Counted from the first letter of the stretch, positions 12,141 through 26,980 are shown. The stretch is 64,000 nucleotides of DNA from the human T2T-CHM13v2.0 reference genome, Homo sapiens (GCF_009914755.1 NC_060931.1), one strand, 5' to 3'. Notes: a model not told the origin generated them from the letters alone. Made by a program: numbers and translations.

Positions 12141-13009
12141 TTTGCACACCTGGGTAGCATCCGGCAAATGATACTTACAATCAGGAGTCTTCCTGCCGTT
12201 TATCCAGTGTATCTACGTAAGAAACAACTAACTCGAGCACTTTTCAGCACATTATTTCATACACCCTCTACCATTTAAGTCTACGAAAGAAAATGTCACT
12301 ATGCCTGGTGGCCATGAGGCACCACAAACTAGCACACTTCAAAGAAAGTCTAAAATAGACTCAGACTTACGTGAAAAATGACCTGGGGCAGTTTCATTTC
12401 AAAGCATCCCTAATTAACTAATTAGTGAATTAGATAATTCATCAGAATAGCAAAAGTTATTTCTCCCTTAGGGCTTCAGAATTTCTCTTAAACCAGGCAC
12501 ACAGGCATACACACAGGCACAAGCACACATGCACACATGGTTTGCTGGTCAAATCCTGGGTGCTAAGCATAGATAACCACTTTCTATTGTGAACAATACT
12601 GACTACCTCTCTTCTCTGGTTTCTGCTGCCTCCAGTTCTTTCTTTGGTGACCAAGTAGGCTTCATTTTTTCAGAGAAAAACCATGATTCCTTTTGAAGCA
12701 GTCACAGGTCTTCCCCCCCTTACTTCAAGACACCCCAAAAGGTAACCATGGGGCCTCAGAAGCCTGAAGGCTGAAGATGTCAAGTGCATGGGTTTATAGG
12801 GCACCAACATTGGTGGGGGCACCTAAGCCCTGCCTGTATTCACACTAGGTGACATGGCCTTGCCACCATCTCCAGCAAGTATAAAGGGAAATTCTTGACT
12901 ACCCAGAAATTCAGTGGCCAAATGTTGGATCTTCCAATGAGCAAACTGCTTCACAGAACATAGAGGATGCGTACCCTCAAATTGAACACAGAGCTGCTGG
13001 GATTGTGCA

Positions 13010-13213
13010 AAGCACGAGATTGTGGTCAGAAGACCTGGGTGTTAAGAACCTCTTTTACCTGGTAAAAATGTGGGCACCTGGGCAAGCCACAACTGCTCCA
13101 GGCCCAGGTCTCTTCACCCCTAAGATAAAAGAGTCAATAATACCTAAGGTCCTTTAAGGATATAATGTACGGGATTACACAAGTAAATAGGAATTACAAT
13201 AATTCATGTTAAA
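13010..13213 (+). mobile_element. MIR fragment
   Basis: gtcagaagacctgggt...cctgggcaagccac...ataatacct, MIR motifs. Confidence 0.6.

Positions 13214-13247
<34 letters not shown>
13214..13247. repeat. (AT)7(AC)10 compound microsatellite
   Basis: Read directly. Confidence 0.95.
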
Positions 13248-13793
13248 TATGTTAGGAAGAGGAAACATTCTGTAAAGGAAAATTAAAGCAACTAAGAACA
13301 AAATCTTAAATTTTGACAACATTTCTGCGTTTAGATCATCATCCCAAATTTCTAAAAATGTCAAGTGATCAGGAAAGAGAGTTTGCAGGAAGTAAAAGCA
13401 AAGGAGTCCTATGGGGAGTTACTGTAAAAACACGATTTAAGTGGTCCATCTCTGTTGCCCAGAGCCCTGTGGGGTGGTGAGGACCACATGGTAGTGCAAG
13501 AGGCAGAAAACATGGAGTGTTGGGGTTTGTGAGTCAAGAATAAAGGGGAAGTGAGCAAATTTCTGGTGGAGTCTCTCTCTGTGGAATGTGAGAATCCTTT
13601 CTGGCACTCTGGCAAAATGCTGACTTACACCAGGAATTGTGTATGCTCCTTGGGGCCTTAATAAAAAAGAAAAGCAGATGCTGGAGGGGCTGGTTATCAT
13701 ATGGATCTTGGCAGGCATATGGAATTTAACAGCTAAATAGAGAACTCAACAGTTTAAAATGGATATGGCTCTCACCAGCAGGCTTCCATATTA

Positions 13794-14183
<390 letters not shown>

Positions 14184-14478
14184 AAAAGGGAAATTTCAAA
14201 GTATGTCTAACCACAAGGTTAGAACCCACCTTGTGCCCCCTGGGCTTCCTTCTCACCTTCATGAAATTCCTCACCAATTTCTGTTAATGGCGCCTTCTTA
14301 GTTTCCAACACTTGAAACCCATATGGCCACACCTATTCACTGACTCCTGCAGCCATGATTCTTACTTCTAGACTCTCTTTAATTTAGTTCCTTTCTCTGC
14401 TGCAAAGAGATCCTTGTAAAATACACACCAGAGAGTCTGTCTGCCAGATTAAAATCCCTAATGTCTCCCTGTGTCTGG

Positions 14479-14657
14479 CACTGGTTCTCCAGCTTAGGTG
14501 CACCTTGGAATCACTAGCTGAATTACAGAAAGTATTTACATCTCAGTCCCACTTGGAGATTCTGATTGAATTAGTGTGGGTGTGACCTGGCAGCTGAGGG
14601 TGTGGGTATAAAAGTGACCAGGTTATTCTAACATGCAACAAAGTGGGAGGACCCCAG
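14479..14657. mobile_element. MER5A hAT-Charlie MITE within an L2 relic
   Basis: cactggttctc...ggaatcac...gagattctgatt...caggttattctaacatgca...gaggaccc, MER5A layout. Confidence 0.75.
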
Positions 14658-15225
14658 GTCTCCAGTATTCTAAGGGCTTTACCCTCTGCCTGCTACTCAG
14701 CCTCATATTCCACACCTCCAACCCTGGGAGTAGCCAGAGTATTCCATATTTTTAAGGTTTCTGTTTTTGTCTATACCGTTCCCTATTTATAGATACAAAT
14801 ATAAATATAGATTATACAGATATAGATAGATGCAATATGCATCATTTATAATAGCAAAAATCTACACAAAGCCTAAATGTCCAAAAAGAGGACACACTAG
14901 CCTATTGTAATATCTCCAACTTGTTGACCATTCTATCCATGTTTTGCAACTCGCTTCAGATGCAAATACTTCAGGGTGGAAGCTCTGAAACATTTGTGGC
15001 AGAATCAGATGCTTTTCCTCCCAACACTGCTCAAATATATTTATGCATTTCTTATAGAACTTGCCATGTTCTGCCAAAATGTGTTTGGCTCCTCCCCACA
15101 TAGGACCATAAGCTTTTTGGAAAAAGAACTACATCTTAGTAAGTCATGTGCCAGCATATATGATCAGAATGCCTTTTACAAAACAGAAGATTTGTCATTG
15201 CTTGTGGGATAAATGAGCAAATTAA

Positions 15226-15483
15226 AACCTACTCCTCCCGGGTTCAAGTGATTCTCCTTTCTCAGCCTCCCAAGTAGCTGGGATTACAGGCATGTGCCAC
15301 CATACCCTCTGGTATTGTATTTGTAAATACAAAATTACATACCCAGCTAATTTTGTATTTTTAGTAGAGACAAGGGTTTCTCCATGTTGGTCAGGCTGGT
15401 CTTGAACTCCCAACCTCAGGTGATCCACCCTCCTCAGCCTCCCCAAATCCTGGGATTACAGGTGTGAGCCACCGCACCTGCCC
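15226..15483 (-). mobile_element. AluSp-like, missing 3' end and tail, with internal insertion
   Basis: Sp diagnostics ctccatgttggtcaggctgg and ctcccaacctcagg. No poly(A). Extra sequence at 15308-15344. Confidence 0.9.
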
Positions 15484-15799
15484 AATCCCCACACTTTCAA
15501 ACACAGAAGCTGAGGGTCTGAGAGATGTAGTGACTCACGAGGTGTCAGCACCATCCCCTGAGCCTTGCCCAGCCCCTTCCTTCTGTTCTAGGAGTGGGGC
15601 ATTCACACTTTTTATTGCACAGGAGACACTGATGGATGAGAGCCTGCATCCATCCTCAGAGGGGATGAGGGATGGTCCTAGAGCCCATGAGGTGAGAGGT
15701 GAGGGCAGTCCTGCCAAGGTCACGGGGCAAAGGTCACCCACTGCTCATTGTCGTGCTTTTCCCTGTCACACACCTTCTGTCAAAAACTAGTTATCTAAG

Positions 15800-17220
<1,421 letters not shown>

Positions 17221-17994
17221 AGGAGCCCATGGGTTCAGGAAGCAAAAATATGTACAAGATAAAATAAAGGAGAAGAATTGCTCTGTTTTCATAGGAGTGC
17301 TAATTTCCAGGAGAAGGCACAACACAGAATTTTTCCTAAAACATAGCCCTGTGAAATGCAGCAAACAACTGCCAACCGCAGTGCGGTCTGAGTTCCCCAG
17401 ATCTCCCTCAAAAGAGGTTTTTTTGAGCAAAAATAAATATTGAAGCAAATGTGGTAATGCTTGCATTGAAGGACTTCTCCAAGAGCACTATTTTTGCACC
17501 TTGATTTCTTTGTTCTAGCCATGACATTTCTGATGTGGGTATTTATGTACGTTCTCAATGTAAGGGCTAAACATTTCAAAGACTGCTAAATCAATTCCAG
17601 AAAGCCCATGCAGTTGCCTTGAAAATGAGATCAGGTTTTTGATACTATTTCAAGCTGTTTTATAGGAAATTTATTGTTCATCACAGTTCGACATGCCACG
17701 TTTCCATTTATATTTTAAGCTAAAGTAGCTTTTTTCCTCAAAACTCCATAAGCAAATCACCAAATTTTAAAACGTGTTTTGTGTCAAATATGCTGACAAC
17801 CACAATATAATTTGATGCAGTGATTAAAGGGTATGAAATAAAAATAACATCTCAAGATTATTTGTAGAAAATGTTTAAGTACATAACAGGTTCCTTTGAT
17901 AGGTGGCCAATAACTAGACTTCAAAATTTTAGTTTCATAAAAGCCTTTCTTTAAATTTAGTAATCAATGATTTATACTTAGTTTACTGACTAAA

Positions 17995-18320
17995 TTAAAA
18001 AAACGCTCTAAAAATGGAATACTCGCAGCTGACAAGGGTATGGTGGAAGTGGCACTTCATACATTGCAGAGTGGATGGCAGGGTAAATTGGCACCAACTA
18101 CCCTGAAAGCAACTGGGCAATAACTCTGAAGGATGACACAATTTAACCATCTTCTGGGGCTCTATTCTAAGACAAGCAAAATGTGGAAAATGTATATGCA
18201 CAAAGATGTTTACTCACAACATTATGGTTAATGTAGAAGAATCTGTAGTAAAAGCAACTTAAGAACCTAATATAAAATTACTTAGAATGATGATTATAAG
18301 ACTATATACCTCAGGAAAAC
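17995..18320 (+). mobile_element. Decayed L1ME fragment
   Basis: ggcacttcatacattgc...gtaaattggcac...tatatgcacaaagatgtttact, L1 ORF2-end motifs. Confidence 0.6.
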
Positions 18321-18453
18321 ACTTATTTATTCAAGAACAGCTTTGACTTTATGTATAGCCAAGACAAAATAAAAATCCTTGTTTCACTTTGCAAGGAAAC
18401 GATCTCCCTGTCTTTCTGCCAATTCAGCGTGTCTCTAGAGGGTAGTCCACTTC

Positions 18454-18472
18454 TGAGCGCCCTCTGCAGGGC
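18454..18472 (-). promoter_or_regulatory. Candidate CTCF site
   Basis: Minus strand reads GCCCTGCAGAGGGCGCTCA, a strong match to CCnSYAGRKGGCRC with its CpG retained. Confidence 0.55.
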
Positions 18473-18860
18473 ACCGCCTCATGTTACAGTGGAAACTGGC
18501 TCTGCTTTGAGGAAGCTCAGTAGGTCTTGGAGATGGGAATGGGGCAGGGCCTGCAGTGGTGGAAGCAGGAGATGTGCCCTGAGCACCTGGGACCTCCTGA
18601 TTTAAGGACAGGGAGGAGGAAGATCTGATGCAGGCCCAGGTCTATGACAAAAGAGAGGGTATGAGGAGCACACTGGCCCAACCTCAGAGGCTGCATCTAA
18701 GCTCTCAGGTGCACTCAGAGTGTTGGGGTGGGCCCCAAGCCAGGGAAGGATGTGCCCTAGAGCCAGTGTTAGGCTCCCAAGCACATAGGAGGACAAGCAG
18801 CACTTAGCAAGGACCTTCCCAGCACCAGGAACCAGGTCTGTCGGCAGCAGGCCCTTGAAG

Positions 18861-19030
18861 GCCTCTAGCTCCATCCATGTTCCTGTAAAGGACATGATCT
18901 CATTCTTTTTTATGGCTGCATAGTATTCCATGGTGTATATGTACCACATTTTCTTTATCCAGTCTATCACTGATGGGCATTTAGGTTGATTCCATGTCTT
19001 TGATATTGTGAATAATGCTGCAATGAACAT
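18861..19030 (-). mobile_element. Internal L1PA ORF2 C-terminal fragment without 3'UTR or poly(A)
   Basis: Encodes MFIAALFTISKTWNQPKCPSVIDWIKKMWYIYTMEYYAAIKKNEIMSFTGTWMELEA (L1 ORF2p C-terminus). Flanked by gcccttgaag / gtccttgagg. Confidence 0.92.
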
Positions 19031-20213
19031 GTCCTTGAGGAGAGGAGGAAGCACAAACGGGTGTTCTGACTCTCCTGGCTCACACAGATGCAGGCCAGGT
19101 GAGGCAGAGCCCATGGAAGCAGGTAGTGAGCTGGCACACGGTGGAGTTGGGGCATACCACAGGAGGGCTGCCGGGACTGCGTGCCATGGGCTCATGTCTT
19201 ATTGATCACAGTGAATATGACTGTGGTGGTGACATTCACAGCAGGGCACCAGCCTCCCTGGGCCTGTCCCTTACACGAAGCCTGGGCTGGGGACCCTCCA
19301 GGCCAGGTCCTTGCCTGCAGTGCCAGTGGCCAGCAGCAGGGACAAGCCCACCTGTATTCTGAAGAGGCTTGAATCTGCAAGCTGTGACAACCTTCGTAAC
19401 GTTCACAACTTGATTCCCATCACAGCGTTGGTAAGGTTCTATCCTAGGATACTTCCTGAGCAAAGAAAAAGAAAACATTTACATGCATAATAGTGAACGA
19501 TTGAAAAAGCATAAATGTTCCACATAAGAGGAAAGGTTCAACCCACTGTAGTCCATATAACAATGTGCCGCTGTTACATGGCAGGCAAAATATATTCTAG
19601 CAAATATTTTATAATAATGTGAAAAATGAATAATACCATGTATTTGTAGAAAATTAGAATATAGATTATATATGTGATAAAACATATAGAAATGTGTTTT
19701 ACATAATTTTAACTAACTATATAGTTCACATTTGTAGATAAATGTGGAATAAAACTATATAGATATATAAATAACTATTCCAAAACATTCATAGCAGAGA
19801 TACTAGAAGAAGGTTCACCAAAAGGTACTTATTTATGAGTTATTTACGAGTTACTACTAGAGTAATTTTTAAGCTACATATTTTTTAAAAAGAGGAAGAA
19901 AGTGATAAATAACCGGCTTGCAATTCCTCTTTTCCCTGGTAGAAATGAAGCAAGCAGCATTAAACACAAGCAAATTTTAAAAACCCCACCTGGCTCCATT
20001 CCAGCACTTGGTTTCCATCTCATCTCCTGCAGCTCCGTGGCCTGGCCAGACCCACCTCAGATGCCACTGGCTCCTCTTTTGCTCATGGTCTCTGTGCCCA
20101 GGCTCAGCTCTGTGCCCCAAGCCTGACACCCCTTGAGTGTGGACCCTGCAGTCCACAGCCTCTAGACAGGTCACTCAGCTACCACCAATAACTCAGAGCC
20201 TCCTTAGGACCTA

Positions 20214-20549
<336 letters not shown>

Positions 20550-20581
20550 CTATTTCTGCTACACATAAATAAAGGTGTGGG

Positions 20582-20900
<319 letters not shown>

Positions 20901-22198
20901 AAACATAGGTATTTAATTCAAATTTTGGTGAGATACATTCTCGTCAAATATTTAATAGGTGTTAACCCTGTTAAATATTCGGAAGCAATTATAAAAATAA
21001 TATTGTGCACCTACCATTTTAAAATTCAGCACACATTTTACATCTATTAAAATGCACAGGTATTGATAACAGCAATAGCTACTGACGTGAACTGAGTACC
21101 TCACCTGTGCCCATACTGAGGGTTAGGGCAGGGATTCCCTCATCCTCATGCTCCCCATGAACTGCGCGCTGCCCACGACTGAGGCTCAGGGCTGCGGGCT
21201 TGCGTGCATTCACTCACACAGCCTCCAAACAACCCCAGCAACCTCTGATGCCAGGATCGCTGAGATGCCGGAGGGCTGGTCTTTACCAGGGTCATACCTC
21301 TGATGAGGGAGGACCAGGACTAAACACAAGCAGGTTGCCTCCCGAGCTTCACCAATGGGCCACACCACTCCACAGAGCCCTCAGTGGAAGGAGTTTCTGC
21401 TCTCCTGCCTGCAGGGTTGTGTGGTGGGTGGAGCGAGTATCCATCTTCCTCATCTTGGTCACGCCCCTAGAGGAAGAGCAGCAGCCAATGAGATTGATGA
21501 GCCCATGACACCCACAGGCCACGGCTGCTACCTCTGTGGACAGCCTCAGTCAGAGGTCGCTCCTTAACCGGGGTGCCCTGGGGATCAGGGTGTGCTTTCT
21601 CCCTCTTGTCTCCCCACGCGGAAGGGGAGAGGGCAGCAGAAGGAAGCCCACCCTCTCCTACATCTGCCCACAGCCGAGACCCCGCATCCAGGGAAAGGGG
21701 CTGTAGGACTTTACTCTGCCTCTTGCTCACACCTCTGGTTGGAGGAGGGAGGGAGCCTAGATCCCTGGGAGCCTACCGGCAGCAGTCAGGAGCTCTGCCT
21801 CCCTCCCCCAGCACTCTGCCGTGTGAACACTGCCAGCTCCACTGTCAGGATGAAGCAATGGAGACCCAGAGTGAAAAATCATGCTGAGCACATGGCAGAT
21901 CAACCTGGGTCCTCATGACTCCAATGCCTTTGATACACATTTACCCTCTGGAATAACAGAATTATAAAACCTAACACAATTTGCTATAAATAGATTAATT
22001 TTTCCCCTTTCTCCTGATAGACAAGACTATTGATAATAAGTCATTTTTAAAACCAATAAAAATTTTTATCTTTAAAATATATTCTAAAAATTGAATTAAA
22101 ACCAAAACAAATCTTTAAGAAAAATCAGTATTTTCTTTTCTGGAATCTCCTGGCTACTCCCACATATCACCTCCAATTGCACACACAGACTCAGATTC

Positions 22199-22518
22199 TT
22201 TTGTTTTGTTTTTGTTTTTGTTTTTGTTTTTGTTTTTGAGCCGGGGTCTCACTCTATGGCTCAGGCTGGAGTGCAGTGGCATGATCATGGCTCACCGCAG
22301 TCTCCATTTTCTGGGCTCAGGTGATTCTCCCTCCTCAGTCTTCTGAGTAGCTGGGAGTACAGGCACACACAACCATGCCCTGCTAATTTTTTTTTTTTTT
22401 TAGACACAGCGTCTCACTATGTTGCCCAGACTGGTCTCAAACTCCTGGTCTCAAGTGATCCACCCACCTTGGCCTCCCAAAGTGCTAGGATTACAGGCAT
22501 GAGCCACTGCTCATGGCC
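22199..22518 (-). mobile_element. AluJ with (TTTTTG)n tail
   Basis: J diagnostics ctcactatgttgcccag and ctgggctcag. TSD tcagattc (22191-22198 / 22519-22526). Confidence 0.92.
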
Positions 22519-23044
22519 TCAGATTCATTTATGTGAAGTTCAGCTCAGAGACCTAAGGTACAGCGTACAGTCTTGGAGCCTCATGGAACACATCCTCTTT
22601 CAATATCAAATTAAGGCTGTGGAGCTCACGTTCACCTGAACAGTTTATTTCACGGTGCTAAATTTCTATCTGTGTTACAAAACCTTGCAATTATTAAATT
22701 ACCTGCTCTAATTTTGTTGAAGTAAAATAAATCCACATCATTTTTAGCCTGTGCCAACCTTTCAGTTGTTTTAAAATCCTGCACTTAAACGTTCATTTCT
22801 ACTTTTCTCTAAAAGAAAACAATTGCGAATGTCTTTTATGAAGAATTCAGCTCAATATTTCAAATAAAAATATAAAATTTCCCCATTTAATTATTTTAGA
22901 AATTGCATTGTGATAAAAAAGCTAATGATTTGGGCAGAGACTTTAAAATTATAAGTAATGTTTATGCATGAATAGTGATGTATGATTTAAAAAATTATAA
23001 CTCTAACAAGAAACATTTAACTTTGAATATGCCTCTATTTTCTT

Positions 23045-23400
23045 TTCTTATTCATATTCTTTTATCAAACACATGCATTGAACACCTCCTACATCGAGAA
23101 CAAATAAAAATGAACTAGACTTATTTCTAGACTCCAGAACATTCACTGGCTAGTTCTTCCTTTCCTAGAGAATGTAGGAGCCTCATTCTACCAGGAGAAG
23201 GAGAGGGATGCTTGCATTGAAATAGACATTTGCTGAGTCTTATAAACCGAATGAGGAAGCATCCCCGGCAATTGTGTACAAAGATGTGTGAGCATTGCTA
23301 GTCTGGGAACATAATGAGTGTGTCATTTCTGCATAGTGGGTGGGTGCAGAGTGGCTGAAGCTGGAGCAGAGGCGGAAAGGTGGTGGCTCTCTAAGGCCAT
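23045..23400 (-). mobile_element. L2 3' fragment
   Basis: ttcatattctttatcaaacacatgcattgaacacctcctac resembles the reverse L2 3' end; downstream is purine-rich L2-like sequence. Confidence 0.5.
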
Positions 23401-26400
23401 GAATCTCCTACGGAGGATGTGGCCAGACCATCAGCTCCCTCCCTCCAGCTCTCCTGCAACGACCCTGGACGTTTTTGCACCCTGTGGCTGACAGGGTGAG
23501 CAGTGCTCACACAGCTGGTATTGTGACTGCTGCCGGGTTTGTCTACTCTTTGGCTCCCTAATTCATTTCCTGCTGAAGCCACCTGATACACAACATCTCT
23601 TTGCTGAGGCTACTGTTTCAGGTTTATTGAATTCTAGGGAGTCTAAGAAGGGTCCTCATTCCAGAAATGCCCTATGAACTCGTGATTCTCTAGTAGACAT
23701 CAGTTTGTTATAACTCTACGGCCTGATCTCCCATCATGCTTCATGGTTCGCTAACCATGAACTCTGTGTTTCATGCCTTCCATGAACCAGACACAGGCTC
23801 TTTTGGGCAGCCCCATAGCTCCACCACTCCGATGGTAGACGTTAGCAAGTTGCCCTGTGTTGTGTGAAAATTGCATGACTGAGTCACCAAAGGAATGGCC
23901 AGAGGAATATGAAAGTTCCCAGGGAAATTTCAGACCACATGAAGACCCTTGCCACTTTTAGGCCCCTAAATACGGACCTATCTTTTTAGCCTATTAATTT
24001 TATTTAAATATTTCGAAGAAAGGCATATTTTTCTTCTTTATTGAAATATAACATGTAACAGAAAACAATAGCCTTTCTAGACTATCAGCAGCACCCCAAA
24101 AGGCCTCTCCACAGCCCCTCCCTGTCATTAGCTCCATGTTCCCAAAGAGAACCACCCTCCTGACTTCTAGCACCACACATTGCCTTACTGCTTTCTGAGC
24201 TTTCTACAAAATGAATCAATATGTTTTTTTTGATGTCTGGCTTCCTTCCTCAGCATCATATGAGGTTCAACCATGTGGTTCAACCTTACAAGTAGACCAG
24301 AAGTTACTTATTAATCCTCCATATGAAGATGGCTTCTTTCCAATTTTTGACTGTAAACATTCCATCCATGTCTTTTGTTGAACATATGCACACATCTCTG
24401 TGCTTATATACCTAGCAGTGGAACTTCTGGCCCGTAGGGTATACAAATACCCCATTTAAGTAGATGTTTCCAAGCAATTTTCCAGTGTGTTCCTGCTAAT
24501 TTACACTCCCACCAGCCATACAGGAGAGTTCCAGTTGCTCCACATCTCCATCAATGCTTAGTTTTTTTTTTCATCTTTTTTATTTTGGTATTCTGGTTTT
24601 GTGAATGGATTCCACATTTTACTTTAATTATGAATTTTTTGATAAATTATAAAGGATTCATATCATGTGCTTATTGAATATTTGAATATCCTCTTATATA
24701 AAATGTGTACTTGTCTATTCTCTAGTTTTCTATTTATGTGTCTTCCTTATTAATTTGCAGATATACTTTATATATTTTGAATATAAACCATTTATTGTAC
24801 CTCTTCACTTACTTATAGATGTCTTTTGGTACACAAACATTCTTAATTTTAATGTACTCAATTTTTATATTTTTATCATTTATACGTAGCAAAATGTATT
24901 TATCAAGAAATTTTTCCTTGCCCAAAGAACATGAAGATACTTTGCTATATTGCCTTCTAGAAGCCTTTATTTTTAACCATTCACATAGACCTGCAGTCCA
25001 CCTGGAATTTATTTTCATGTAATGTAAGAAGAGAGTTTCCTTATTTTCAATGTGGATATAAAATTGAATCTAGTTCTTTGTTTTTTGTTTTTTAAAAGAA
25101 AAACATGTTTTTCTCCACTGTTCTTTAGGCTCACTTTTGTTATAAACAACAAAAAGCATCTGCAAAACAAAACACACACACACATTCTTATGTATGTGCA
25201 TTTTGTCTTTTCTGCTGTAATATCAGGAATGCAACATTGCTGAAACTACTGCAACTGTATGTTGTAAATCTGCATGTTTATGGAGTAAGTCCTCCTGATG
25301 CGCTGGCTCTTTTTAATATTCTCTTGACAGCTCTAGGCCTTGTGTATTTCTATTCAAATTATAAAATCATTTTGTCAGTTTATACCCCAAAAAGACCTAC
25401 TGAGATATTGAATCTGCATATCAACTTGTGGATAACTTCAAAATATTCCAATATTTCAATCTTTAAAATAATCCAATTCATAAATATAGACCATCCCTAT
25501 TTTGTTTAGTATGCATTAGTTAATAGCAATCACATTTTATAGTTTTCTGTGTAGAGACATTTATATCACCGATTTTTTTCCTGGGAAAGTGGTATGTTTA
25601 TGGTGTTATGTAGGTTATCTAAATTTTAATTTGTCTTTTTGTAGTTGATTTTCTTATATTGACTTCTATCCAGTGATGTGAAGCAAATATTCCTAAGTTC
25701 ACTTATTAATTCTCATAATTTACCTGAAGATTCCTCTAGAGTTTCTATGTCCATAATTGTGTTATCTCAGAATAAGAATTGCTTTGTTTCTTCCTTTTCA
25801 ATCCATGCACCTATCGTTTCTTTTACTTGCCTTACTACAGTTGTTAGAGGCCCCAGTAAAATGTTGAGAAGTTCAGTGCTAGAAGGCAGCCTTGTCTCCC
25901 TCCCTGTACCCAAGGGAAAGCTTTGAACATTTCACCAGTAACTTTGATGGTTGCTGTAAAATTTTTGTAAGCTTCTTTTATCAAATAAAGTTTCATTTTT
26001 TCTCTAGTTTCTAAGATTTTTATCATAAACAATTATTGAATTTTATGAAAATTTTTTCTCCATTGATAAAAATGATAATACATAATTCCTCCTTTATTAC
26101 GTTAATATGGTGAATCACTGATTTTCTAATATAGAATTGTCTTTTATTGTAATGAATCAAACGGGTATGGCGTATTAACTACATCGGTAGTTATCAATGT
26201 TTTCTTTATGAAAATCGCCTCAAATTACCTAATTTGAATCTACAATCCATTTCCAAGTATTCAACAAGACTGCAGCATTTTTCATTTTTTTACTTGCAAT
26301 CTTAGAAGAAAGCAGCATATAGTTAGGTTTCATCTAAGCATAGATAGGCATTTTAAAGATTTAGAGTATTTATAATTAGTGTGTTTACTGATATGGTTGA

Positions 26401-26695
26401 TTTTACATCTGCCATCTTACTATTTGCTTTATATTACTATTTCCACCCACTCTGTCTTACTTTCAGTTTCTCTTCTTGCCTTATTTTGAATTGATGGAGT
26501 GGTTTTTATCCCATTTTCACCTCTACTATTTTTGTAATTAGATATCCTTTTCTATCTTTTTAGTGGTTACCCTAGAGATTGTAGCAGGTATTCTTGACTT
26601 GGTAAAAGTCTCATAGTAATTTGTACCTCACCACTTGCCAGATAGTGCAAGAGACCTTTGCACAATTTAAGGACATTTATCATCTCCTGACATCT

Positions 26696-26980
26696 TTTTT
26701 TTCCATAGGTTTTTTGGGGAACAGATGGTGTTTGGTTACATGAGTAAGCTTTTTAGTGGTGATTTGTGAGATTCTGGTGCTCCCATCACCCAAGCAGTAT
26801 ACACTGTACCCAATGTGTAGCCTTTTATCCCTCACCACACCCCCCCAGTCACCCTTTCCCCCAAGTCCCCAAAGTCCATTGTATCATTCCTATGCCTTTT
26901 CATCCTCATAGCTTAGCTCCCATTTATGAGTGACCATGGAATACTATTCAGCCATAAAAATGAACACGTTCACAGCAACC
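26696..26980 (-). mobile_element. Short L1PB1-like insertion with 5' inversion
   Basis: Reverse L1PB 3' end at 26696-26933 followed by forward ccatggaatactattcagccataaaaa at 26934-26980. TSD tctcctgacatct / tctcctgacttct. Confidence 0.88.

Noticed and set aside
11527-12167. His/Thr-rich ORFs of 113-181 aa
   Set aside because: Translation of the (TG)n simple repeat.
21200-21918. Cluster of 70-108-aa ORFs in GC-rich unique DNA (similarly 5567-6491 and 39680-40662)
   Set aside because: Overlapping ORFs on both strands, mostly with non-ATG starts and no recognisable domains; expected from stop-codon scarcity at higher GC.
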